From Octopus vulgaris (lineage: Eukaryota), in assembly GCA_951406725.2 (NCBI GenBank), contig OX597818.1, positions 64,480,001-64,544,000 on the forward strand: DNA of 64,000 nucleotides, in the 5' to 3' direction. The notes beneath the pieces are model-generated. The model ran no database searches. It had not been told where the DNA came from and saw nothing but the letters and a program-made list of their open reading frames with translations. The position numbers were made by a program, and so were the translations under genes. Below, one piece after another: positions 52,895 to 64,000 of the stretch (its first letter is position 1; every line of letters begins with the position of its first letter).

Positions 52895-55432
52895 TATGTA
52901 CAGTGAAACTTGACTATAGCATCAGTTATTATTAACTGCTATTTCCAGTAAATATTGGTGCATTTTTGCACCACTGTCTGACGTATATATATATATGTAT
53001 ATATATTTAGATGTACAAATTCAGTGCTCTATATTCCAACCGACGCTATTGCCTCGATTTTCTGTTGCTTGCTACGACATACTTTACTCCAAGCAACACA
53101 ATAGGGAAAGATTAAGATTTTATTTATTCGCTCATTCTATTGAAGAAATTGATTTAACTAATGGCTCTTATGATATTTTGAATAATAAATGTCTAAAAAA
53201 ATCTGATTGGAATTGATATACTTGTCATAAGTCTTTTCATTTTAAATTCTTCAATTTCCAAGATTTCTTTAAATATATATCTCCATTAGTCATTAGATTA
53301 GTGCCATGGAATTTACAGCCATTCAAAATCTAATGGCCTCGATTCCTTTGATGTTCATATTTTTAATGTATGTGGACGAAGTTACACAAAATTATTCCGA
53401 CAGTATGAATAAAGTTTGCGTGCTTGTCTTGTAGAAAGACACGAAATTATCATATCAAAATTGGAAGATGATTTTGTTTACGAAAGCATTCTTAGTTGAA
53501 AAGGCGCAGATGACGGTCTCGTACAGAAAGTTTCAAAAGTGAAAGGCAGAAAACACTTCTTACAAGTATATGTAATATGCGAAATTTAAAATAGTATCAA
53601 TGGACAAGATGCAAAATTTCTGTAAAGGTAGTTATAATCGTGGGTTGTGTCTGTATTGACAATATATCAGATATATTTTCATACACAGTTTCAGACAAAA
53701 TATTTCCAAAACATTTTCACATTCGGAAAAGATTCAACTTAACTAGAATGAAACAACAAGCTTGGCTCTACATCGTTGCTAACCCTCAGAAAACATTCTA
53801 CTGTCTTGAAAGGAAATGGTGTACCTGTACCAATTAATAAATAATAATCCCAAAGGATCCGCGCTTCTTAGAATTCTTCATCCGAAAAACTGCTCTCTGA
53901 AGACTGCATTTAACCTGTAAGCACTGGCTTAGCTTTGAATTTGTTTCTGAATGGAAAAGTATTGGCTCGAAATCCGTGTGTTTTTTACTATAAACATGAT
54001 ATTCGATTCAGCTGGCAAATAGAGTTGAGTGGCAAGCTTTGTGACAACCAGTGTCACACGGATTCTCCCTAAGAACTAAGTTAAGTGTAAGCAGTCCTGT
54101 AGAGTGCTCAGCTGCTTGTACGTTAAGTTTACGAGCCGGCTATTCCGTTGATCGCACTAATTTGATCCCTGGACATCGTAACCGACGGAATGCCATTTCT
54201 TTATAACATGAAAATCATTTACTACATACAGCAAAAACCGGGAGCTTTCTTTGGTTTTGGAAAATCGGTAAATCTGTACCCCAACATCTGGTGTCATATT
54301 CCAATATGTAAATTTTCGATCATGTATATTACATATCATGTATTATCATATCACACTAAATAAACTTTGCAGAAATTCAAACGCAAGCCATACACAACTT
54401 TACGGACGATTTATACATATTCAAAGTTGCAGATAAAAATGAACGTATTTAACTTTGAATATTTTCAATGCAACATTGTAGCAAATGGTTTAAGTTTGCA
54501 TTATGTTGCAGAAAATTGATTATTTCTGCCCCATCATACGATAAAAAATAGAGAGTTTTGGTGAGCTTATTATACCTGATATCGAACATATAATACTCTA
54601 AGTAAAAAAAAAATGGCCATTGCACTGGAACTTTTAAATGGTAAATATTCGTTTTACTATACTTGAAAGAAGTCATTATATTTATAAACTGGTTTAATGC
54701 ATCTAAGAGCAGAGTAAACAGAAAAAAAAAAAATCCCAGCTAAGTTAAAGATAAAAACACACAAAAACGGTCAATAATATCAACGGATCTAATTTTGACT
54801 TTCTAACCATATGCCATACTGCGGCGGAGAGATCTAAAAATATCACTAATAAACTGTTATGCATTTCATAAATTGGAAAAATTTACACTGAATTGGTGAA
54901 ATCAAACCTTATGATTATGTTTATATTTAATCTTGTTTTTTTCCCATTAATAATTGATGTGGTATTTCTAATTTTGACTTTTCAAAAATACAAAATCAAT
55001 ATTAGAAAAGAAAATTATTATCAACTGTGTAAGTAAAATTATTCAAAAGCAAAACAGTTTTATACGAAAATGATTTCAAATAAGAATTAAATATAAGTTG
55101 CATAAAAACTGAACATACAGACAGGCACGTACATAGAAATATTGTATATATTACACGTATTTATGCATCAGTTTGTGTGTATATATATATATATGGGGGT
55201 GCATGTGTGTATGTATTATGTATGTATGAAAGTATGTGTGTATATGCGCACACTCGTGCACATTTCTTTATATATGCATAAGAAGGCTTGCATATTTTAC
55301 TGTGTGAAAACATTCGTGCTATAATACACGTTCGGACAGTCTATTCTGCATACACTAGCACTCATGAATTATATATATGTGGACATTTACACACACACTC
55401 ACACATACGCACACACACATATATACATATAC

Positions 55433-55531
<99 letters not shown>

Positions 55532-56288
55532 TATGTACATATAAATATATATATATATATATATGTATGTATATGTGTGTATGTATATGGAGAGAGAGAG
55601 AGAGAGAGAATGAGTAAGTAAGATACAAGTATGTAGATTTGTTTGTGTGTGTGTGTGTGCTTGTAAACACTATATCTACTGATAAACATCTGCAAATTTT
55701 GTTAGACACAGATATACATACCTATACATAACTATACACATAAATACATATGTCCGTCCCTGTGGGTATCTATGAGTGTGTAGTTGTTTCGCGCATGTAT
55801 GTCTCTTATGGCATCGTATTATATATGGAGACAATTCGCTTTTATTTTGCACTTTTCTGGTCATGTATACAGCATACAGTTCACTGTTGCAAATATTCAT
55901 TTCTCACCTGGTGTATATTAGGAATTTTTTATTGATATTAATATATATCCCAAATTCTTGACACAGGGCCAGACATTTCGGGTAAGTCGATTACACCGAC
56001 CCCATTGCTGAAATCGTACTTATTTTATCAGCCCCGAAAGGATGTAAGGCAAAATCAGCCACGGTAGAGTAATATTTTAATGAATATTACAACTACAAAT
56101 ACAAACATTACGTTGAAAATGTCTTGAAAATTTTCTTTATGTCTACAACGAAGTGTGCACACATTTTCTTTCCGACTCTTACGTAGAGTTACTAACGATT
56201 TCAAACGCAGTGAGTGTTTCCACACAGTTTTCTCTCTATTACTTGAATTAATCACATGTTCATATATTCATTATTAATGTCAGCTCTA

Positions 56289-56432
56289 AGGCGGCGAGGA
56301 GCTGGCCGAAACGTTAGCACGCCGGGCGAAATGCTCAGCGAGGTCGATTTTGGGGTCGATAAATTAAGTACCAGTTACGCACTGGGATCGATGTAATCAT
56401 CTCAATCCCTTTGTCTATCCTTGTTTGTCTTT
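56289..56432 (+). mobile_element. SINE family 2, internally deleted
   Basis: ggcggcgaggagctggccgaaacgttagcacgccgggcgaaatg...ggggtcgataaattaagtaccagttacgcactggg. Confidence 0.8.
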
Positions 56433-57794
56433 GAACAACTTTTTTATTGCAGTTTTAACTTCCTCGTCACTTGAATAATTTAGCGCCTTAAAACTATCGG
56501 CTCTTTGGCCCCATTAAAGAGGGTTTGAGAGGCATATCCTTCCTCGTCTGTTTCACGTTTTGAGTTGAAATTCCACTGAGGTTGATTTTTGCCTGTCATC
56601 TATTCGGTGCTGCTAAAATAAGTACAGGTCGATGTAACTGATTTACCGAAATCTACCGATATTGCTGGTTTTGTGCCAAAATTTGAAAATAATATTGCAA
56701 ATATGAAGTTCACATGACCACATCCATCTCTGTTGCATGTAAATACTTAATCCTTGTAATAAAAACCCACCATTCGTTCTGTGATTCAGATTTCTGAAAT
56801 TAAAACGTTCCATAAAAATATCTGGATAATATATTTTTAAAACATTCGTTTCATAATTACAAAGTTATTTCCATGAATTTTTCCTTATTTTCACAACTAA
56901 ATAAAAGAAAATCTTTAAATTTCAAAAGAAATGTGGTAAGAAAATACTTAAAATCTAGGGTCCCACATTATCTAAGTTGCTTGTTTGATGTATATGCATC
57001 CTCCCCATAACAAAGTTCATTGCTCAAACATAACCCTTGCTCATCTAAACTAATCGACAGCAAATGCTAATTTTCTAACGTAATTCAGAAAAATATTCCA
57101 CTTCTGGAACAGAGATGTTATTAAATACACATGATATCCGACATCATGAACATAGACAATCCGCTTAAATGACTGGTAGTAATTAAGATTGGTGATTGGG
57201 GAATAATTAGAGCGTAGGCTCTTTCTCTCTCTCCTCCGGAATTCTTATAGTGAAGATGTGACATTGTCACACCCGTTAAAGAGTCGGACAGAATACCTCA
57301 CGTTATGTCTTCTGATATGCAGCATTCTAAGTCCAACTCCAAATATGGCTTGCTTGGCCAGTAAACTTAACAGGTCACACCGTTTAAAACTGCCAGAAAG
57401 CATATTGGATGCTTTTAGATATATCCTCTCTGTTGTAACCATTGGAAATAGATTTTAGTATACAAACATCATTATACAAACATCAGTCTCAGAAATCAGG
57501 TAATATCTCAAAAAAGAATAAAAGAGAACACCAGTGACATCTCTGGATCACCTCGATGTTAGATGTTAAGTACCACCATCTGTTAATGCATACATCATTT
57601 ATTATTCCACATATGAGTTACACATTCTATCATCCTATTCCACACACCAAAAAATTTGATATTTACCGTCGTTCTTGTCCACAGTTGTAACAAAGAGCAA
57701 TTGCATTTCAACAGAAATTTAATGAGATTTAGACTCGTGTTCGAATCAATATGCTAAAAAGACGGACAGGGGAAGGCAGTTGATATGTTTATTC

Positions 57795-58018
57795 CACCTT
57801 GAGCTATGCTTGGCTCACCAGGTTTTCCGGTTTCCTTAGCTTAGAGGTTTCCCACCTGGACGGGACGCCGGTCCGTCGCAGGTGAGCTGCAATATGCAAG
57901 AGGAAAGAGTGCCAGAAAGTTGTGGCAAAAGACTTAGCAGAAGTTCGCCATTAACTTCTGCCGGGGCCGCGTGGAGCTTAGGTGTTTCACTCATAAACAC
58001 ACACATCGCCCGGTTTGA
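57795..58018 (-). mobile_element. SINE family 4 (V-domain-like), head-truncated
   Basis: Minus-strand CCTGCGACGGACCGGCGTCCCGTCCAGG resembles the V-SINE central domain. Confidence 0.55.
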
Positions 58019-58385
58019 GGTTCCGGGTTCAGTCCCACTGCGTGGCATCTAAGGCAAGTGTCTTCTGCTATAGCCCCGGGTCGACCAATGCCTTGTGAGT
58101 GGATTTGGTAAACGGAAACTGAAAGAAGCCTGTCGTATATATATATATATATATATGTGTGTGTATGTGTGTCTGTGTTTGTTCCCCTACCATTGCTTGA
58201 CAACCGATGCTGGTGTGCTTACGTCCCCGTCACTTAGCGGTTCGTCAAAAAGAGACCGATAGAATAAGTACTGGGCTTACAAAAAGAATAAGTCCCGGGG
58301 TCGAGTTGCTCGACTAAAGGCGGTGTTCCAGCATGGTCGCAGTCAAATGACTGAAACGAGTAAAAGAGTAAAAGACTAAAAAGAG

Positions 58386-58387
<2 letters not shown>
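58019..58387 (+). mobile_element. SINE family 1, starts at the B box
   Basis: Reverse complement of 51812-52217 lacking the A box. Confidence 0.92.
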
Positions 58388-58420
<33 letters not shown>

Positions 58421-58459
58421 TATATATATAAAATAATATGTTACATTACTCGATAGTCA

Positions 58460-58522
58460 AGATAAAACTCTGAGTTTCAGATGCCGAAGTGGGAATCCAC
58501 AACGTCATCTCTTCGGTTATCT
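58460..58522 (-). ncRNA. Type I minimal hammerhead (CCGAAGA core variant)
   Basis: Minus strand: AGATAA-CCGAAGA-GATG..GTGGattcCCAC..CATC-t-GAAACTCaGAGTT-TTATCT. Confidence 0.6.
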
Positions 58523-59329
58523 GGCTATTTGAAAACGCTATGAAAAAATACCGTTATACAAAGGGAAATTACTGTGTTATAACTCTGCTTGCCTGCGTAC
58601 TTATACATCGCTATGTAAACGTTCACATCTTCACTCGCATTTTTCGCCATAAAAAAATTATATAAAAATACATAAAAAATATATAGAAATATATAAAAAA
58701 TATATACATAAAATATATATAAAAAATATATGATAGAAGGTATGTTGAGGTAAAAAAAACCTCCTTGGGACATAACATAGAAAGCATGTTCTATCTGTTT
58801 TCATATATACATAGGTTACCAGTTGAAATGATATTGATAGAATTTGAATTCGCAAGAAACTCATTTCACTATATTTTGTCGTAGAGAAAATTTCTCGCTG
58901 CAGACAAAAGGATCTGAACGCACTCAATCAGCGCCACCAGATAGTGCACATTGATTGGGATGTAATAAAAGAAATCTATTTCAAGTCAGTCTGTCGTCTA
59001 TCCTACTTCTAATGTCGATATTACAGGAGAGATAACTACTCGGTAACATATGCGTGCAGGAGCTTGCAAAGCAGCCTTTTCGAACTGAGCTAAAATGTTC
59101 GCATCTACAGGTCTTCCTCGAGAAGGATTCTTCATGACAAAATATTGTGAATGACTGGTAGATGGATAGAGAGACAGATAGACAGGCAGACATACGGACA
59201 GACAAATATATAGTTATATATATATATATATAACGTGAAGCTTTACGAAAATAAACAAAAGGCGAACGCAGGTGGAGTACAAACAAACAAATGTATTAGT
59301 ATGGCGCTCAGGAATAGAAATAGAACAAG

Positions 59330-59367
59330 TCTTTTACGTTTCGAGCCTACGCTCTTCAACAGAAAGA
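59330..59367 (-). ncRNA. Minimal hammerhead (CTGTTGA variant) in a short element (about 59232-59528)
   Basis: Minus strand: TCTTT-CTGTTGA-a-GAGCgtagGCTC-GAAACGTA-AAAGA. Confidence 0.65.
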
Positions 59368-59527
59368 TACACAGAAAAGAAACACGGAGAGAGAGAAAAA
59401 ATGCGTGCAGGTGCTAACGATTCAACATGGCGGTCTGATTTCAGCCAGAAGTCAGAGATCAGACGCAAGAGGGATAGTAGTGGAGATAACAGGGTCAAAT
59501 GACCTCGCCCCAACATAAGTGTGCGTG

Positions 59528-59580
<53 letters not shown>

Positions 59581-59686
59581 AAATTCAGGGTGAATACTTC
59601 ATAACTGTATATGCCAGCTAGTAGCATAGGTGAGAGGATATATGTATCAAATAAAATAAAATGTAAAGCAGGACTCAAAGGATGTC

Positions 59687-59779
59687 GCGGTACACATGTT
59701 TCGAGCTTTAGAAAACAACTTATTCTTACATCAATGCATAATCGGCATAACAGATAGTTTAAAAACCCTCTTCAGCCGC
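59687..59779 (-). ncRNA. Type I hammerhead, left arm
   Basis: GCGG-CTGAAGA-GGGTTTT...AAAGCTC-GAAAC-ATGT-GTA-CCGC. Confidence 0.75.
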
Positions 59780-60122
59780 ATGCGATTACTACACCAAAGA
59801 CTTGAATCACATTATGAAAGGTTTGAGAAAGAACATTTGGTATTATTTATAATGGTAGGTAAACTGAGTATCACTGGGAAAGTATGTTTTTAAATCTTCA
59901 TAATCAAATAGGCGTACAGGGTATTATTAGACTCCAAAAAAATCGCCCATACCGTTTTCTCACTCAATATATATTGAGTGAGAAAACGGTATGGACGGTA
60001 TCGAAGATTTACAAACATACTTTCCCAGTGATAATCGGTTTACCTACCATTATAAATAATACCAAATGTTCTTTCTCAAACCTTTCATAATGTGATACAA
60101 TTCTTTGGTGTAGCAATTGCAT

Positions 60123-60215
60123 GCGGCTGAGGAGGGCTTTTAAACTATCTGTTATGTCGATTATGCATTGATGTAAGTATAAGTTGTTTTATGAAGCTCG
60201 AAACATGTGTACCGC
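60123..60215 (+). ncRNA. Type I hammerhead, right arm
   Basis: GCGG-CTGAGGA-GGGCTTT...GAAGCTC-GAAAC-ATGT-GTA-CCGC. Confidence 0.75.
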
Positions 60216-60251
60216 GACATCCTCTGTGTCCTGTTTTTCATTTTTTTCATT

Positions 60252-60313
<62 letters not shown>

Positions 60314-61140
60314 GTATATATACATATATGGATGGAGCGAGAGGGGGGAGATGGATAGATACTTTAAACTTTTATCCTTTACTTGATTCAGTCATCAGAC
60401 TGCAGCCATGTTGGAGCAGATATTTCGTAGTGGAATGAATCTTCTGTGTAAGTATTGCTTTTTTGAATCGTGGTACTTATTTAATCGGACTTTATCGTCG
60501 AAACGCTAAGTTACGGATATTAAAAAAAACAGCCCCGCTTGTCAAGTAGCGGTGGGCAACACGAAGACACACAAAGATATATTTGCGGCGAGGTACTTTC
60601 TGTTTCCGAATTACAGATCTACTCACAAGGATTTGTTCCGTGTGACGTTCCATTAGAAATAAAGTGACCATACAATGCGACTGAATACCAGCAACATGTA
60701 GTTGGAAGCAGAGAGCCATATGTCTCAGTGAGCACGATGGTCTTCCATGAAGCAGTTACCTTCTACTAATTTTCTACGTAAGGCATTTATTGGTCTAGTT
60801 CTCTAGTAGAAGTCACCTATCCAAGTTGCCGTGTCGTGTAACTTAACACAAAATGTAGTTTGCAACGTGAGCTTTTTACCCAGACAAATATATCAACGCT
60901 GATTAACTATTCACATAAAATAAAATAGAATAAACTCAATTATCGGTGTCTTCATATTTATGGAGAAATTTTATTTATACAAAACTTCTAACTAGGTTTC
61001 CTGAAATCGAAAGGAAAATATGCTGATAGCGTTATGTCGAGACGTCTACAGAGAACAATGTTAGAAACATGCCTATGAAGTAGATTTTTAAAAATTTCTG
61101 CGACCACACGCACACACACACATATTTGTCTATGTGTGTG

Positions 61141-61186
<46 letters not shown>

Positions 61187-61623
61187 CGTCTGTATATATG
61201 TATGTGTGTATGTAAGTTGTTGACTTTAATTTACACTGGCAGAGACGCCTATAATCTTCAACTTCCTCTAACAGTATTAAATCATCAAATCTCACACTGC
61301 TTAATGCGATAGTAATTTATTAATAGAACTATCTACAAACAATGTGCTATTTATGCAAATTGGATTCTACGATTTATTGAAGCTCATAAACCCAGCGGCT
61401 ATCAAAGCGGACTCCAGTTCTTCAGTTTTACATGGTTACACAGTTTCAGATAGATTCTATCTAGAATTCCAAAACTTTCAGATTGATTCTTGTGCAATAT
61501 CTACAAACACATTGTATACAATAAAGTTATTTAAAATTTATTTCCCTATAAATTACGGTATCATTTGAATTATTCTTAAATACCTATACAGCCGTATAAC
61601 AAAATGCTTCCGTACATGCATAA

Positions 61624-61695
<72 letters not shown>

Positions 61696-61700
<5 letters not shown>

Positions 61701-61958
61701 CCTCGGTGCAACCAAATGTTTGTGAGTGGATTTGGTAGATAAAAACTGAAAGAGGCCTCTCGTATATGTATATATATATATATGTTTGTGTGTGTGTTTG
61801 TCGCCCTAACATCGCATGGCGACCTAGCGGTTCGGGCAAACTGACCGATAGAATAAGCACTATGCTTACAAAAAATAAGTCCTGGGCTCGATTTGGTCGA
61901 ATAAAGCCGCTGCTCCAGCATGGCCGCATTGAAATTACTAATAGAAATAAAAGAAGAA
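61696..61958 (+). mobile_element. SINE family 1, partial
   Basis: tgtgagtggatttggtag...ccgatagaataag...ctccagcatggccgca. Confidence 0.8.
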
Positions 61959-62282
61959 AATAATATATACTTACATTATTTTTATACATGTGCGTGCCTA
62001 ATTCTTTGCGAGTGCTTATGTGTGCGTCTGCATGTGTGTGTAAGTGTATGTGTGTGTGTGTGTGAATTTTCTACGGCAGCGGTATTGCGTGTGTGTCTTG
62101 TGCATAGGAATACTTATATATCAATGTTTCCGCGTTTGGAACTTAAAGGAGAGATAAATCTAAAGCGTACTTTGGCTTAAACATGCACGTGCTTATAAAT
62201 ATTCGAGCTGTTTTATTCACATAAAATCAATAACGCAACGCAAATGGCTACACATAATAAACGCATAGAAATGCATGTAAGA

Positions 62283-62344
<62 letters not shown>

Positions 62345-62599
62345 GTATATAATATTCACGTCTACCCATCTGTATGTGTGCGTGCGTGCGTGTGTGTACA
62401 AGGAAATTTTGAAGAAAGCATTTTACAGCAGTTTACATTCTCGCGGTAGAATCATATCTGTTACTTCTGTTCCAGGATGTAAGAAAAATGACGTTCTGTA
62501 AGTACAAGCGTGGTCTTCAAACTGCTTCTCAACGTAAACTGAAAATGACGTAGGATATATATATATAGATAGATAGATAGATAGATAGATATTATATAT

Positions 62600-62666
<67 letters not shown>

Positions 62667-62675
62667 GTATATATG

Positions 62676-62728
<53 letters not shown>

Positions 62729-62903
62729 GTATATATATATATATATATATATATACGTATATATATACGTATATATATATATATATTTATATACATATAT
62801 ATATATATATATTTACATACATATATGTATATACGTATATATATATTTACATACATATATGTATATACGTATATATATATTTACATACATATATGTATAT
62901 ACG

Positions 62904-62934
<31 letters not shown>

Positions 62935-63334
62935 ATATAAGAATTTATAGGTATGTATATTTAGTGTTAGGTGAAATATAAGATAAAGATATTTGATTAT
63001 GGTATTCAGTGATAAGAGAGCTGAGTATATCAATTTAGCACGTTTATCGATTTACCAAATTATCCGTCAATCAAACATTTGACCTATATATTGCAAAACA
63101 GCGAGTAAATATATTTGTTTGTGATAGCTAACATTTAGGATCACGTGATCACCTACGAATTACAATAAGGAGAACTGCTCCGAAATGATATATTGTAAAG
63201 CGCACTTCTGCTCACAGATCAGTCTTCAAATGGATTTGTGCATAACAGCATATCCAGACACTGAGAAACTTCAAAAGGAAACTCGAACAGCAGGGGAGGA
63301 AACACTGCAGCTCAAATTCTGTTATCTATTTTCT

Positions 63335-63506
<172 letters not shown>

Positions 63507-64000
63507 CTATATATATATATATATCTGTATTCGCTAGCGTGGTTTTGTGCTGAGAATTTCCATCCAAAACAATTGATTTTAAGATCGGTCCCACTGCGTG
63601 GAAACTGAATGTGTTTATTTGACGGAAACTTGTGTTTGTATATATATATATATATATTTGTGTGTGTGTGTGTGTATGTATATATATATATATATATGTA
63701 TGCATATATATCAGTATATATATATGTATGTATGCACTCAAATATATATATATATATATATATATGTTGGTATGTGTCTGTATGTGTTCGTATGTGCATG
63801 TTTGTGTGGGTATGTGGGTGTGTGGGTGTGTGTGTATGTGTGTGTCCGTGCATATGTGTATATGTCTTTTACCGTAACAAAGAGTTATTTCGTTAGTGAA
63901 GCTATATGTTTTGAACCCGTCAAAGTAAGAAAGATTGGAATTACGTATGTTTATGTTACCAATAACGTAACAATTGATATTATGCAGATGGTTGAAGCCT

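Larger units (their letters stand above)
59577..60255. mobile_element. Fold-back element: ~240-bp inverted arms plus inner 48-bp perfect palindrome
   Basis: 59661-59899 versus 60003-60241 show about 17 mismatches by eye; palindrome at 59947-59994; flanked by (TA)n. Confidence 0.9.

Noticed and set aside
59661-60241. Arm mismatches as a fossil ADAR (A-to-G) editing signature
   Set aside because: The roughly 17 differences mix transitions and transversions in both directions.

Overview
Eukaryotic, AT-rich, almost entirely non-coding DNA saturated with (TA)n, (CA)n, (GATA)n and trinucleotide microsatellites. Nearly all ORFs in the supplied track are microsatellite read-throughs. The repeat content points to a cephalopod, probably octopus, genome; this is an inference, not verified. 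Protein-coding remnants are all from transposons: a near-intact IR/DR Tc1 (DD34E), decayed mariner and DD37D-type relics, R4/Dong-like and CR1-like LINE fragments, and the 3' end of a Penelope-like element. Non-autonomous elements include at least four tRNA-type SINE families, a 5S rRNA-headed SINE candidate, two Helitrons and a MITE filled with SINE sequence. The most striking signal is about 11 type I (minimal, Penelope-style) hammerhead ribozyme motifs from at least 8 unrelated sequence families. They include a tRNA-headed SINE whose tail carries a hammerhead, and a fold-back element with two outward-facing intact hammerheads. A TATA/CRE/CCAAT promoter-like region lies on the minus strand at about 16.7-17.2 kb. 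Host exon calls are tentative, and all structures were read by eye without folding or database searches.
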